Assembly: GCA_040776805.1 (NCBI GenBank) | Contig: JAXGZS010000004.1 | Location: 151,215 to 215,214 of the forward strand | Source of the DNA: Clostridiales bacterium | Lineage (GTDB): Bacteria; Bacillota; Dehalobacteriia; UBA7702 | Direction: 5' to 3' | Length of the DNA: 64,000 bases | Part shown: piece after piece, positions 1-10,406 of the stretch | Numbering within the stretch: position 1 is the first letter of the stretch | Layout: every line of letters begins with the position of its first letter | Translations under genes and position numbers: made by a program | Notes under the pieces: model-generated | What the model was told of the DNA's origin: nothing | Databases searched by the model: none | What the model saw: the letters and a program-made list of their open reading frames with translations, nothing else

Positions 1-353
1 GTCTTGAGGATAAAGCCAATTGCTACCCCTACCAGCTTTCCGGCGGCCAGCAACAGCGCGTTTCCATCGTGCGGGCTTTGGCCATGAATCCCAAAATCCT
101 GTTTTTTGACGAACCCACCTCGGCCTTGGATCCCGAACTGACCATTGAAGTGTTAAAGGTCATTCGCGCTTTGGCCGAAGAAAAAATGACGATGGTCATT
201 GTCACCCATGAAATGGCCTTCGCCTCCGCCGTGGCCGACCGGGTGATCTTCATGGACGGCGGCGTGGTGGTAGAGGAAGGCTCTCCCGATGAAGTCTTCG
301 GCAACCCGAAACAGGAGCGCACAAAACAATTTTTAGAAAAATACGCGGAATAA
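1..353 (+). CDS. amino-acid ABC transporter ATP-binding protein (GlnQ/HisP-like), 3' portion; 5' end lies outside the window
   Basis: Reading frame is open from the window edge. Translation contains the ABC signature LSGGQQQRV, a Walker B motif ([12 protein letters not shown]) and an H-loop (IVTHEM). Stop at 353. Confidence 0.85.
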   Translation, partial: LEDKANCYPYQLSGGQQQRVSIVRALAMNPKILFFDEPTSALDPELTIEVLKVIRALAEEKMTMVIVTHEMAFASAVADRVIFMDGGVVVEEGSPDEVFGNPKQERTKQFLEKYAE

Positions 354-368
354 TCCTTAACATACTGC

Positions 369-403
369 GGCCTGTTGTGAACGATTCACAACAGGCCGTT
401 TTT
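369..403 (+). terminator. rho-independent terminator after the ABC transporter gene
   Basis: Stem ggcctgttgtgaa / tcacaacaggcc with a 4-nt loop, followed by gttttt. Confidence 0.7.
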
Positions 404-1193
404 AAATTTCCACTTCTTTTTCGGGAGAAAGGCTGATTTTACCGCCAATGCGCAGAGAGCTGATTTCACCGTCCTTTTGCTCCGCCTCGGCTTCAAGGAC
501 GCCTCCCGGTTCCCGGAAGCAAAACAGATGGGATCCCGCCGCTCCCTTTTGCGCCAAAGCGGCCGCCACCGCCGCGCTCCCCGAAGCACAGCTGTTTTCG
601 TAAAACAGCGTATCGGTGGCGGCCACATAAACCACCGGCGTCAGGACCGCGGTTTTCGCGTCGTAAAACATCAGCCCCGCCGCGGCGGCTTGATATTGCG
701 CCGAAACCCCTTGCAGATACCTTTTGTCTGCTGCCGGGGAATCAGCGGCGAAAGGTTGATCGGTAATCACATGGACAATACCGTCAAATAATACGGCTTC
801 CGCTGTACCGCCTCGAAAAGGTATCGGGATCATGCGCTTCGGCAGCGGCATGGCCGCGACAGCTGTGTTATTTTCCGTGTCAACCAAAACCGGCAGGGGC
901 TTATTCACGCCACTGATCTCCGTCATCACCCGCGTTTCTCCACGTCTGCCCTGTTCTATGGCATAAAAAAGAGCCGCGCTGCGCAAAGCGTTGCCGCAGA
1001 ATTCGCCGCCCATCATGGCGAGGCGCACATCACCGCCGTACTGAGGCATTGTCAAAAAGCCCACCTGCTCCGCACCGTTGATCAGGGTCAAGAGTTTTCC
1101 GGCAAGAGACGTGTAGGCTTCCTTTTTGACCGGCGTCTTTACCAATACTGTGATGTTACCGGCGGGATCCGCTACCCGTAGGATTATTTTCAT
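402..1193 (-). CDS. DapF/PhzF-fold epimerase- or isomerase-like protein (two-cysteine diaminopimelate epimerase fold)
   Basis: 263-aa ORF with the motifs GGEFCGNALRS and ENSCASGSAAVAAA. These resemble the two catalytic Cys regions of the DapF fold. Specific function not assignable from sequence. Confidence 0.5.
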   Translation of the reverse strand: MKIILRVADPAGNITVLVKTPVKKEAYTSLAGKLLTLINGAEQVGFLTMPQYGGDVRLAMMGGEFCGNALRSAALFYAIEQGRRGETRVMTEISGVNKPLPVLVDTENNTAVAAMPLPKRMIPIPFRGGTAEAVLFDGIVHVITDQPFAADSPAADKRYLQGVSAQYQAAAAGLMFYDAKTAVLTPVVYVAATDTLFYENSCASGSAAVAAALAQKGAAGSHLFCFREPGGVLEAEAEQKDGEISSLRIGGKISLSPEKEVEI

Positions 1194-1340
1194 CTCTTAC
1201 CACCTCACGATCTTTCCTTTATTTTAGCAAAAAGCTAAAAAATGTACAATACCTTTCATTTTCATGTAGCATTTTCCTTTTTTTTATGCTAAAATCGGAA
1301 CAGACAAATGGTTGTGACGTATCACAAGAAAGGGGAAAAA

Positions 1341-2735
1341 ATGAAACTCAAAAAACAACTTTTATTGTTCGCAGTATCTCTATTCTCACTATTATGGCTG
1401 GCCACAGGTGTTGGCGCAACCGTTACCGCGGAAACCGTCGCCGCAGCGGCAACGGCAGATTACACGCTGTTTTACGACAGCGAAGATGGCAAAATGTACA
1501 CGAGTGTTAACGAAAGCGGCAAGGGTACCACCGTCTACAGCGGCCAGAGCGACAAATGGAGTTCCGCCTATGACGCTGATTCAGACAGCTACATCCTGAC
1601 CTTAAAAGGCTTCTCTTTCACGACTTCGGCTCCTGACGCTCTGATTTTGCTCAAGGATACCAAGCTCTGCCTGGCCCAGGGCACCACCAACAGCCTCACC
1701 AGTACCTACAATGATGATGAATACGAAAGCACCGGCCTTTTGGCTTGCTACGACTTAACCATCTACAGCAACGGAAACGGTACCGGGAAGCTTGTCATCC
1801 AAGGGGGAACCTGCGACAACGACCAAGATAACTATTCCGACGGGATCTTCTGCGCCGGTACCCTGGCGGTAGAGAGCGGTGCCGTTGCGGCCTACGGCGG
1901 CGCTGATGCTGAATCATCGGGGATCGCCACCGTCGCCTTCCAATACTTTAGCGGAGATATCGTTGCCAAGGGCGGCTACAGCTTGTTTTTCCTCTCCAAT
2001 GAGCTGCCCCAGGTGATCAGCTATATCCCCGGAACCCTCTTCTACGGCGGCAGCAATGCCCAAAGCGTCTCTCAGCTTAGTGTTGAAAACGGCAGTGACG
2101 ATGACACCCTCTTTGATGATTATGCGTATCTCCATATTTATCATACCTTAAGCGACCTTCCCTATACTGCCTGGTATTATCAGAATATTACCACTCTGTT
2201 TGGAGAAAAAATCGTCACCGGTTATGCCAACAGCGATGGATTAAGCTATCAAATCAAACCTGCTAACTCCATTACGAGAGCGGAATTTGTAACGATTTTG
2301 GCGAGACTGATGGAAAGTGAAACCGATCTGGAACAATACGCCGGAAATTATTCCTTTACCGATGTTCCCGAATGGGCCTCAAAATATGTGGGTTGGGCCA
2401 AAGCGATGGGTTATGTAAACGGCATAGAGGAAACCCTCTTCGGCTCCAGCCGGAATATCACCAGAGAACAGATGGCCGCCATTCTCTACCGCGCCATCGT
2501 TGATATGGAACTAACCTCCAACTACAGCAATCCCGCCGTTACCTTCACCGATGAAAATAACATTGCCGATTACGCCAAAGACGCCGTTGCCGCCATGCAG
2601 AAAGACGGCATCATCAACGGCTACAGCAACGGCGACGGCAGCTTCCGCTTTATGCCCCAAGGCAATGCCACTAGAGCCGAAGCTTTCACGATGATCTACA
2701 ACTTCATCGACGCTTACATTGACCTTGAAGGATAA
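1341..2735 (+). CDS. S-layer-homology (SLH) domain cell-surface protein with signal peptide
   Basis: ATG at 1341 sits 8 nt after an AGGGG Shine-Dalgarno. N-terminus is MKLKKQLLLFAVSLFSLLWLATGVGA. The C-terminus carries three SLH-like repeats (ITRAEFVTILARLM, NITREQMAAILYRAI, NATRAEAFTMIYNF). An extended -10 (TGcTAAAAT) lies at about 1283-1296. Confidence 0.8.
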   Translation: MKLKKQLLLFAVSLFSLLWLATGVGATVTAETVAAAATADYTLFYDSEDGKMYTSVNESGKGTTVYSGQSDKWSSAYDADSDSYILTLKGFSFTTSAPDALILLKDTKLCLAQGTTNSLTSTYNDDEYESTGLLACYDLTIYSNGNGTGKLVIQGGTCDNDQDNYSDGIFCAGTLAVESGAVAAYGGADAESSGIATVAFQYFSGDIVAKGGYSLFFLSNELPQVISYIPGTLFYGGSNAQSVSQLSVENGSDDDTLFDDYAYLHIYHTLSDLPYTAWYYQNITTLFGEKIVTGYANSDGLSYQIKPANSITRAEFVTILARLMESETDLEQYAGNYSFTDVPEWASKYVGWAKAMGYVNGIEETLFGSSRNITREQMAAILYRAIVDMELTSNYSNPAVTFTDENNIADYAKDAVAAMQKDGIINGYSNGDGSFRFMPQGNATRAEAFTMIYNFIDAYIDLEG

Positions 2736-2751
2736 AAATAAGAATGCGTGC

Positions 2752-2783
2752 AAAAGTGCCTCCGACTGTTGTTCGGAGGCGCT
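2752..2783 (+). terminator. rho-independent terminator after the SLH protein gene
   Basis: Stem gcctccg / cggaggc with a 9-nt loop, then gcttttt. Confidence 0.65.
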
Positions 2784-2823
2784 TTTTGTACCTTAACCGA
2801 TCTTGCTGTTTTTCCAATGAACC

Positions 2824-3057
2824 GTGCTATGCCAAGGACGAATGAATGCAGGCGAATCACTGAAGAAAGAAGGGAATAAAGATGAAAAGGAAATCGCGCC
2901 CTACGCGAAAGAGGCCGTGGCCGCCTTGAGCCAAGGCTACGTCATCTATGGCGGCGGCAACAACGGCGACGGCCTTCACTTCTATCCCCAAAAGAACGCA
3001 ACCCGCGCCGAGGCCATGACCATGGTCAACCGCTTCTATTTTAACTACGCTAAATAA
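2824..3057 (+). pseudogene. orphan SLH-domain fragment, a partial duplicate of the third SLH repeat of the upstream gene
   Basis: 77-aa ORF ending EIAPYAKEAVAALSQGYVIYGGGNNGDGLHFYPQKNATRAEAMTMVNRFYF. This parallels NIADYAKDAVAAMQKDGIINGYSNGDGSFRFMPQGNATRAEAFTMIYNF of the 1341-2735 gene. It has no signal peptide and no convincing RBS, and it sits directly after a terminator. Confidence 0.4.
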
Positions 3058-3069
3058 AACCACGATAAA

Positions 3070-3115
3070 AGCTCCCCCGGGAATATTCCCCCGGGGGAGT
3101 CGTTCGTTATTTTTC
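3070..3115. terminator. bidirectional rho-independent terminator
   Basis: Stem ctcccccggg / cccggggag with loop aatatt. A T-rich run follows on the plus strand and cttttat on the minus strand. It sits between two converging genes. Confidence 0.65.
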
Positions 3116-3154
3116 TTTGATTTGCGGATCGCGGCATGTTCACAGGATCTGAGT

Positions 3155-4586
3155 TTAAGACGGCCCTGATATCCTCGTTTTTATCCGCTGCCGCAGATCT
3201 ATCCAGGCCGGCGGCCGCAGAATCGCGATGGCAATGACATAGATCGCAATTCCCAACAAAACCTGAAGCAAGATACCGCCGATGGTGGCTTTGATGACGG
3301 TCCCTGTCAAACGCAGGATCAGGTACATGATGGTCGCAGCCACACAGTATTTTACGGAGCCATGCAACAGCTTGCGGAGATCAAACTGTCTCGAAACCAC
3401 AATGACTTGATAGATGGCGGCGGCGATTTCCGTCAGAATGGCGCCGATCACCGCGCCAAAGAGGCCGATCTTCCAAATCAGCAAAATCCCCGTCACCACG
3501 TTGACCGCCAGAGCGCAAAGCACGGCAAAGGTATACTGTTTCATCTGATTGGTGGGTAAAAGATAGAGAGAACCGATGATGCAGGTCAAACCCATGGGAA
3601 GCATCATCAAAGCATGCAACTCCAACAATCTCCCGGTCGTCTCGTATTGAGTGCCAAAAAATATGGGGGCAAATTCGGGGCCAATGACCGATAGACCAAG
3701 GGCAAGGGGTAGAACGATGAGAAGGCTGTATTGAAGCGCTGTTTTCAGGTAATCCTCTGCCTTCTCGATCTCTCCCTGGGCATAAGTATAGGAGGAGCGG
3801 GGCATCATCACAGTGCCGATGGAGATGATTAACGACACAAACAAACGCACAATTTTATCAGAATTTTCAAAAAACCCGCAAGCCTCCACGCCGCACATCA
3901 AACCCAGCAAGGATTTATTCAAAACAGAATAAATCTGCACCGCGGCAAAGGATACAAAAAAGACCAAAGCCCACTTCATGTAGGCCCGAATACACAGTGA
4001 CTTCCTCCTTACTTTTACAATGGAAGAACTCACGAGAGGCAGCAACGAAAGATTGCCCAAGACTTCGCTGGCGGACAGAATAACGATATAGATCAAAATG
4101 TCTTCTTTTGTGCGAACCAGTAAAAAGATCAGAATCATCCGGCGACCTTAACGAGGATATTGCGAAGCGCCGTTACCTTGAAATTTTCCGGCCCACAAAA
4201 AGCCAGGAAGTATCCAAAGCACAGGCGATGATCAACAGGGATTGTCCTAAAAGATAATTGCGATAGGATGGCGCCGCGGCCAAAACCACCCCGAACATCA
4301 AAAGAGCCAGGCAGACCAGGCCAATCTTAAGCAGCATGATCTCCCAAAACGTGCGGGAGCACTTTTCCAAGTCGTCCCGGCATTGAGCGATACAGCGGCT
4401 GCCGTAAGTCGCCAGACCAAAATTGGCAAATAAAACAAAGTACTGGGTAATGGAATTTGTATACGAAACCATGCCGATCCCCGATGGTTCCAATACCCTG
4501 GAAACATAGGGTATGATAACCAGCGGAATCAGCACTGCTGAAAACTGATATAGAATTGTATACAAATAGTTTCTGATAACTTTCAT
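3155..4586 (-). pseudogene. Wzx-like (PST/MATE-type) polysaccharide flippase, split by a frameshift near 4140-4175
   Basis: The N-terminal ORF 4173-4586 begins MKVIRNYLYTILYQFSAVLIPLVIIPYVSRVLEPSGIGMV, a typical flippase N-terminus. The adjacent ORF 3155-4138 continues in another frame with multiple transmembrane helices. Together they total about 465 aa. This could be a true pseudogene or a sequencing indel. Confidence 0.55.
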
Positions 4587-4606
4587 TTTTATCCAGTATG
4601 AATCTA

Positions 4607-5578
4607 TTATGGTTTCAAGGAAAAGTGCCAGTATATTCTATACACTATGGCATGAATCAGCCTGCTGCGCAACAACAACCAAAGACTGATTCTGGCTTTT
4701 ATCGGGAATGCTTTCACTATTTTGGGGGTTTCCAGGGCTCTTACTTTTTCCACAACCTTTTGATAGAATTCATCCAATTGAGGTTTTGTATCTTTTCCGC
4801 GCAAAAGAATCGTATAAACCATCAGATGTACATACATCTCTTTACGCTGGCAGATTTCTTTTAAATCCGGGAATTGTTCCGCAATAAACGCCGTGCTCGC
4901 CTTGGTTGCGTTCACATAGCTGATTTCAAAAGCGTCCCCTTTTGTAATACTCCCCTGACGTTGTCTATAATAGTATTTTGGTGAAGAATCGTATACGATG
5001 CAGTTTGCCCTGGCAATGATTTTGGGAGTCACCAGAATGTCTTCAGCAAGGACACCGGAAGGGAAACGAATGCTCTGCAATAGATTGACATCAAATAATT
5101 TTCTGCACAAACTTTCGTCAAAATACCCAAAATCAACGATTTTTTCAAGGGCTTCTTGGGCGTTCATTTTTAAATAGGTATCGCCGACCCCTTCCTTTTG
5201 CGAACACTTTTCATAGACAAACCAGGTTCCGCAAATCGAAATCTGCGCGTTTTCTTTTTTCATATTATGGTACAACAGCTCCAGCATATCGGGAGCAATA
5301 TAATCATCGCTATCCACAAAGGTCACATATTGGCCCCGGGCAACGGCCAAAGCATGGTTTCTGGCATCGGAGATACCTTGATTCTCCTGATGAAGGACAC
5401 GAATCCGTTTATCCTGGGAGGCGTAGCGGTCACAGATTTCGCCGCTGTGATCCGGCGAACCATCATCCACAAGAATCAACTCAAATTCCCGGTACGTTTG
5501 GGCAAGGATAGAATCAATACACTCTTCCAGGTATTTCTCCACATTATAAACCGGCACAATGATACTGATCAAAACCAT
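4607..5578 (-). CDS. family 2 glycosyltransferase
   Basis: ATG at 5578 follows an AGGAAAGGA Shine-Dalgarno. Sequence SIIVPVYNVEKYLEECIDSILAQTYREFELILVDDGSPD ... FVDSDD shows the GT-A DxD signature. Confidence 0.8.
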   Translation of the reverse strand: MVLISIIVPVYNVEKYLEECIDSILAQTYREFELILVDDGSPDHSGEICDRYASQDKRIRVLHQENQGISDARNHALAVARGQYVTFVDSDDYIAPDMLELLYHNMKKENAQISICGTWFVYEKCSQKEGVGDTYLKMNAQEALEKIVDFGYFDESLCRKLFDVNLLQSIRFPSGVLAEDILVTPKIIARANCIVYDSSPKYYYRQRQGSITKGDAFEISYVNATKASTAFIAEQFPDLKEICQRKEMYVHLMVYTILLRGKDTKPQLDEFYQKVVEKVRALETPKIVKAFPIKARISLWLLLRSRLIHAIVYRIYWHFSLKP

Positions 5579-5637
5579 TTGTTCCTTTCCTCGTTGTCCT
5601 TTTATAGCTTGGCTTGAACTGTTTCGCTTCCGTCGCC

Positions 5638-7068
5638 TCAACGTTTTTTGTTTGCCGCAAGCAGAAACCGCCGAACCGTCTTAGCCTGGGTACGGTTACA
5701 GAATAGGTAGCATAGATAAAGGATAGCCACACTTAGAAATGACCAGAGAGCGGGCAATTTCAGGGAAACGGCAATGAAAACCGCGGCGAAGATCAACTCC
5801 GTGGCGAGAACCGTCCTGCTTTGCCCCGGCAGGTACCGGGAAAGATAGCACGTGGAGAGTACATAGCGGCTGACCACCCCGATCAGCATGGCAAAAACAA
5901 TGGCATCCACGCTTTTCAGCAGATAACCGCCGATGACAGAGAGCAGAAAGCTCAGGGAAAAGGCCACCAAATTAACGTAAAGCAGCGCCTTTTCTTTGCG
6001 CAGCACCTTAAAATAGGTGGTGCAAAGCAGCTGCATCTTACCGTCGAAAAGGCAGAGAGGCAGCAATACCGCCAGATATTCGAGACTTACCGCATATTGA
6101 GGCAACCAAAGGGAGAGAACCACCTTGATGGGGATATAAAAAACCAGGATCAAGGGAAGCAAAATGCTGAGAATGCCGTCAAGCTCCCTATAATAGCGCT
6201 TCTGGGCAGCGGCGTCGATCTGGCGCAGGGCGGGAAAGAGCACCATACTGACTTGGGCAATAAAAACGAGGAAAAAGTTGGTCAGGGTTAGAGAAAAAGA
6301 CACTTTACCGAAAGATTCGATGCCCCAGAGGGAGTCAATAATGATGCGGCCAATCCCCAAAATCAGGATCCCGGCGAGGTTGGCCAGGAGCAGTTTGACA
6401 CCAACGGAGACATTCTTCATGATCTCTTTTAAGCCTTTGCGCCAGCCCACAAAGGCAGAAAAGACGATATCACGACCACAATAGAGGTAAAAAACCACGG
6501 AGCCAGTGAGACATAGCAAATAAAAACAGATAAAAACTTGAAAGCGATCCACGCCCCAGATGATCAGGCCGAAAAGGCAAAGGATAAAAGCGCCTTTATT
6601 GAGCATCTCCGCTTGGGAAAAAATGCGAGTACGGTTTACGGCTTGGAAGACGTAGCCGATAAAATAGGAGCCGTTAAAAAAGACCATAAGAATGGCGGAG
6701 GCCGCAAAAACAAAAGTGCGGTTGACGTCCTGCAGGCAAAAGATACCGATTATGACGATGACCGCCGCAAGCATGACCTGAAACAACGTCCAAATTTTCA
6801 GTTCCGTCCCCAATAGGGCGTGATCCAAGCTTTCATAGCAATAGCCGCCAAACCGAAGGTAGACACCGTCATTAAGCCCAAAATGAAAAAGCCCGGCGTA
6901 GCTGGCATAAAAAAGGAATAGCTGCCAATAGCCATATTCCGTCACATTAAGAACCTTCGGCAATACCAAAGCCATCAGAAGACTCAAAACCAGTGCCACA
7001 CCTTGGGCGAGAAAAGCGAAGACCATATTCTTTTTTAAGACTTTTTGATCCAGTTTTCGTTCCGTCAT
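5638..7068 (-). CDS. polysaccharide biosynthesis protein / oligosaccharide flippase (Wzx, PST family), intact
   Basis: 476 aa and polytopic. N-terminal YGYWQLFLFYASYAGLFHFGLNDGVYLRFGG is characteristic of PST-family flippases. Confidence 0.7.
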   Translation of the reverse strand: MTERKLDQKVLKKNMVFAFLAQGVALVLSLLMALVLPKVLNVTEYGYWQLFLFYASYAGLFHFGLNDGVYLRFGGYCYESLDHALLGTELKIWTLFQVMLAAVIVIIGIFCLQDVNRTFVFAASAILMVFFNGSYFIGYVFQAVNRTRIFSQAEMLNKGAFILCLFGLIIWGVDRFQVFICFYLLCLTGSVVFYLYCGRDIVFSAFVGWRKGLKEIMKNVSVGVKLLLANLAGILILGIGRIIIDSLWGIESFGKVSFSLTLTNFFLVFIAQVSMVLFPALRQIDAAAQKRYYRELDGILSILLPLILVFYIPIKVVLSLWLPQYAVSLEYLAVLLPLCLFDGKMQLLCTTYFKVLRKEKALLYVNLVAFSLSFLLSVIGGYLLKSVDAIVFAMLIGVVSRYVLSTCYLSRYLPGQSRTVLATELIFAAVFIAVSLKLPALWSFLSVAILYLCYLFCNRTQAKTVRRFLLAANKKR

Positions 7069-7080
7069 TTTTCACACTTT

Positions 7081-7923
7081 TTATTTCAGAACCGTAAGAA
7101 AGCGCTTTAGCGCATCTTCCCAAGGGGGCAAAATGGAAAATCCGTTTTCCGTTAGCTTGTGCTGATCAAGACGGGAATTCAAGGGCCGCTTTGCCGCGGT
7201 GGGGTAATCCTTTGTTAAAATCGGTTTTACCTTCGCCGTCAATCCCGAAAGTTCCATGATTTTTACGGCAAAATCGTACCAGCTGCAAACACCGCTGTTG
7301 GCGGCGTGGTAGACACCGTACTTTTCCGTGGCCGCCATGTCCAGAAGGAGAACGGCCAGATCGGGCGTATAGGTCGGCGCGCCGATTTGATCGCTAACCA
7401 CGGAAAGCGCTTCCCTTTCCTTGCCCAGGCGGGTCATGGTCTTGACAAAATTGTTGCCATTCCGTCCGAAAACCCAGGAAATCCGCACAATAAAATAGCG
7501 GTCAAGCAGGGAGGTCACCATGTCTTCACCGAGAGATTTGGTCAGGCCATAGTAATTGACGGGAGCTTTCGCTTCCGTCACCTTATGGGGACGGTCGCCC
7601 ATACCGTCAAAAACGTAGTCGGTGCTGATATAAATCAACTTGGCCCCGACTTCCGCCGCGGCGGCAGCCACATATTTTGTGCCGTTGACGTTCACGTCAT
7701 AACACCACTCTTTTTCACTTTCCCCTTGATCCACGGCGGTATAAGCGGCACAGTGGATGATAACCTCGGGAGACAGGCGGTGAACATCGGCTTTTACCGC
7801 CGCTTCGTCACAGAGATCACAGTCACTGATATCGCTGCCGATCATCGTCAGGCCGCGTTTTTCGCCTTCCTTGACCACATCATAGCCTAGCTGACCTTTT
7901 GCACCGGTCACCAAAATCTTCAT
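7081..7923 (-). CDS. rfbD: dTDP-4-dehydrorhamnose reductase
   Basis: MKILVTGAKGQLG Rossmann N-terminus and the RmlD-like length (280 aa). Confidence 0.85.
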   Translation of the reverse strand: MKILVTGAKGQLGYDVVKEGEKRGLTMIGSDISDCDLCDEAAVKADVHRLSPEVIIHCAAYTAVDQGESEKEWCYDVNVNGTKYVAAAAAEVGAKLIYISTDYVFDGMGDRPHKVTEAKAPVNYYGLTKSLGEDMVTSLLDRYFIVRISWVFGRNGNNFVKTMTRLGKEREALSVVSDQIGAPTYTPDLAVLLLDMAATEKYGVYHAANSGVCSWYDFAVKIMELSGLTAKVKPILTKDYPTAAKRPLNSRLDQHKLTENGFSILPPWEDALKRFLTVLK

Positions 7924-7929
7924 GGTTTA

Positions 7930-8949
7930 TCACCTGTTACCGTACATTTTTTCATAGTAGTTTTGGTACTCCCCGGCCAGAATCTCTTCCCACCAGTCCC
8001 GATGTTCCAAATACCAGCCAATCGTCTTGGCGATACCGTCGCTGAACGCGGTCTGCGGCAGCCAGTCCAGCTCGTTATGGATCTTTGTGGGGTCGATGGC
8101 GTAGCGCATATCGTGTCCGGGGCGGTCTTTTACGTAAGTAATGAAACTTTCCGGCTTATCAAGAGCTTTTAAGATCGTTTTCACCACATCGATATTGGCC
8201 TTTTCATTATGGCCGCCGATGTTATAGACTTCCCCTATCCTGCCCTTTCTCATCACCAGATCGATGGCACGGCAGTGGTCCTCCACATAAAGCCAATCGC
8301 GGACGTTTTTGCCGTCGCCGTAAACCGGCAGGTTCTCATCGTTTAAGGCTCTCACAATCATCAGCGGAATCAGCTTTTCCGGAAAATGATAGGGGCCGTA
8401 ATTATTGGAACAGCGGCTGATGGAAACCGGCAGGCCGTAGGTGCGGTGATAGGCCAGTACCAGCAAATCAGCGGCAGCCTTCGATGCCGAATAGGGACTG
8501 CTGGTATGGAGAGGCGTTTCCTCGGTGAAAAAGAGGTCCGGCCGATCCAGGGGCAAATCGCCGTAAACTTCATCGGTGGATACCTGATGAAAGCGGTCGA
8601 TGCCGTATTTGCGGCAGGCGTCCAACAATACCTGGGTACCTAAAACATTGGTTTGCAGAAAGATTCCGGGATCCTCCACGGAGCGGTCCACATGGCTCTC
8701 GGCAGCAAAATTGACCACCATATCGAATTCTTCCTCTTCAAACAGGGGAAATATGCTGTCTCTGTCGGCAATATCGCTTTTGACAAAACGGAAATTGCTT
8801 TGATCAAGTATGCCGTCGAGGTTTTTCAGATTCCCCGCATAAGTCAGCAGGTCCAGACAGACAATGCGGTCTTCAGGGTGATGGTGCTGCTGATCATAGA
8901 TGAAATTACTGCCGATGAAACCGGCACCGCCGGTGACAAGGATATTCAT
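7930..8949 (-). CDS. rfbB: dTDP-glucose 4,6-dehydratase
   Basis: MNILVTGGAGFIGSNF start, a YSASKAA catalytic motif and a 339-aa length. Confidence 0.9.
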   Translation of the reverse strand: MNILVTGGAGFIGSNFIYDQQHHHPEDRIVCLDLLTYAGNLKNLDGILDQSNFRFVKSDIADRDSIFPLFEEEEFDMVVNFAAESHVDRSVEDPGIFLQTNVLGTQVLLDACRKYGIDRFHQVSTDEVYGDLPLDRPDLFFTEETPLHTSSPYSASKAAADLLVLAYHRTYGLPVSISRCSNNYGPYHFPEKLIPLMIVRALNDENLPVYGDGKNVRDWLYVEDHCRAIDLVMRKGRIGEVYNIGGHNEKANIDVVKTILKALDKPESFITYVKDRPGHDMRYAIDPTKIHNELDWLPQTAFSDGIAKTIGWYLEHRDWWEEILAGEYQNYYEKMYGNR

Positions 8950-9515
8950 ACGTTATCTCCTTTAAAGATGAAATTGCAGTCACTGTCTTTTAACAGCGGC
9001 GCGTTTTGATCTTTCGCCGATAAAATCGGATCGCCAACGCCCCAATCAACCCCGATGAAAGGATCGTCAAAGCGAATGCTGCGGTCGCAATCGGGGCAAT
9101 AGGGATTGTCCACTTTATAGAGAAAGATCACATCTTCGCTGAGGGTAACAAAGCCGTGGCCAAAACCGCGAGGCAGCAGCAACTGCCGGTGGTTTTCGGC
9201 GGTCAGTTCCACGCCGACCCACTGTCCGTAATAGGGCGAACCTTTTCGCAGATCCACTGCCACGTCCATCACAGCGCCTTGTACCACCCGCACCACCTTG
9301 GCCTGGGCCATAGGCTCCTGCTGAAAGTGGATGCCCCGGACAGTCCCCTTTTTTGCTGTAAAGCTCTCATTATCCTGCACAAAACGAAAATGTAAACCCT
9401 GGTGTTCCCATGCTGCGGTGGACCAGGTTTCCGTAAAATAACCGCGATGATCTCCGAAAACCTTCGGTTCTATGATATAAACGCCGGGCAGCGCTGTTTC
9501 GATCCGTTCCATCAT
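8946..9515 (-). CDS. rfbC: dTDP-4-dehydrorhamnose 3,5-epimerase
   Basis: LPGVYIIEPKVFGDHRGYFTETWS is an RmlC cupin motif. Length 189 aa. Confidence 0.9.
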   Translation of the reverse strand: MMERIETALPGVYIIEPKVFGDHRGYFTETWSTAAWEHQGLHFRFVQDNESFTAKKGTVRGIHFQQEPMAQAKVVRVVQGAVMDVAVDLRKGSPYYGQWVGVELTAENHRQLLLPRGFGHGFVTLSEDVIFLYKVDNPYCPDCDRSIRFDDPFIGVDWGVGDPILSAKDQNAPLLKDSDCNFIFKGDNV

Positions 9516-9521
9516 AACCTC

Positions 9522-10406
9522 TCAATATCTGATTTTTCCTTCGGCCACGCGTTTTAAATGTTCGCCGTAAGGTGATTTGCCGTAGCGGCACGCCGATTCC
9601 TTCAGGGTTTCTTCACTGATCCAGCCGTTGATATAAGCAATCTCTTCCGGTGCGGAAATCTTAATGCTCTGGCGCATTTCAATCATGCGCACGAAATCCG
9701 CCGCTTCACTCAAAGAATTGACGGTGCCCGTATCAAACCAGGCAAAACCGCGACCCATCAACTCTACGTTCAATGCTTGATTCTCTAAATAGAGCCGGTT
9801 TAAGTCGGTGATCTCCAGTTCTCCCCTGGGGGAGGGTTTCACCTTTTTGGCCAGTTTGGCCACACGGTTATCGTAAAAATAAAGCCCGGTGAGGCAATAG
9901 TTGGATTTGGGGTTTTGCGGTTTCTCTTCCACCGATAAGACTTTGCCGTGTTCATCGAATTCCACAATCCCGAAACGCTCCGGATCCGAGACGTAATAAC
10001 CGAAGACCGTCGCAATGCCTTTTTCGGCATTCCCCACGGCGTTTCTCAGCATGGAACGAAAACCGTTGCCGTAAAAGATATTATCCCCTAAAATCATGGC
10101 ACAGCAGTCGTCGCCGATAAACTCTTCCCCGATCAAAAAGGCTTGGGCCAATCCGTCGGGAGAGGGCTGCACCTGATAGGAAAGGCGAACGCCGTATTGA
10201 GTGCCGTCGCCCAAAAGTTTTTCAAAATTCGGCAGATCCTCCGGGGTAGAGATGATCAAAATATCCCGAATCCCCGCCAGCATAAGGGTGGATAGAGGGT
10301 AATACACCATGGGTTTATCGTATACCGGCAACAGCTGTTTCGATGTTACCATGGTGAGGGGGTAAAGTCGCGTACCGGCGCCACCGGCTAAAATGATACC
10401 TTTCAT
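9522..10406 (-). CDS. rfbA: glucose-1-phosphate thymidylyltransferase
   Basis: [18 protein letters not shown] nucleotidyltransferase motif. Length 294 aa. Confidence 0.9.
   Translation of the reverse strand: MKGIILAGGAGTRLYPLTMVTSKQLLPVYDKPMVYYPLSTLMLAGIRDILIISTPEDLPNFEKLLGDGTQYGVRLSYQVQPSPDGLAQAFLIGEEFIGDDCCAMILGDNIFYGNGFRSMLRNAVGNAEKGIATVFGYYVSDPERFGIVEFDEHGKVLSVEEKPQNPKSNYCLTGLYFYDNRVAKLAKKVKPSPRGELEITDLNRLYLENQALNVELMGRGFAWFDTGTVNSLSEAADFVRMIEMRQSIKISAPEEIAYINGWISEETLKESACRYGKSPYGEHLKRVAEGKIRY

Noticed and set aside
1308-1340. Longer N-terminus (MVVTYHKKGEK...) for the SLH protein
   Set aside because: The AGGGG Shine-Dalgarno and the signal peptide both fit the ATG at 1341. The upstream Met has no RBS.
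5579-5641. Longer N-terminus MRRRKRNSSSQAIKGQRGKEQ for the GT2 gene
   Set aside because: The conserved GT-A fold begins at MVLISIIVPVYN. The internal ATG has a good Shine-Dalgarno, and the extension would overlap the upstream flippase stop.
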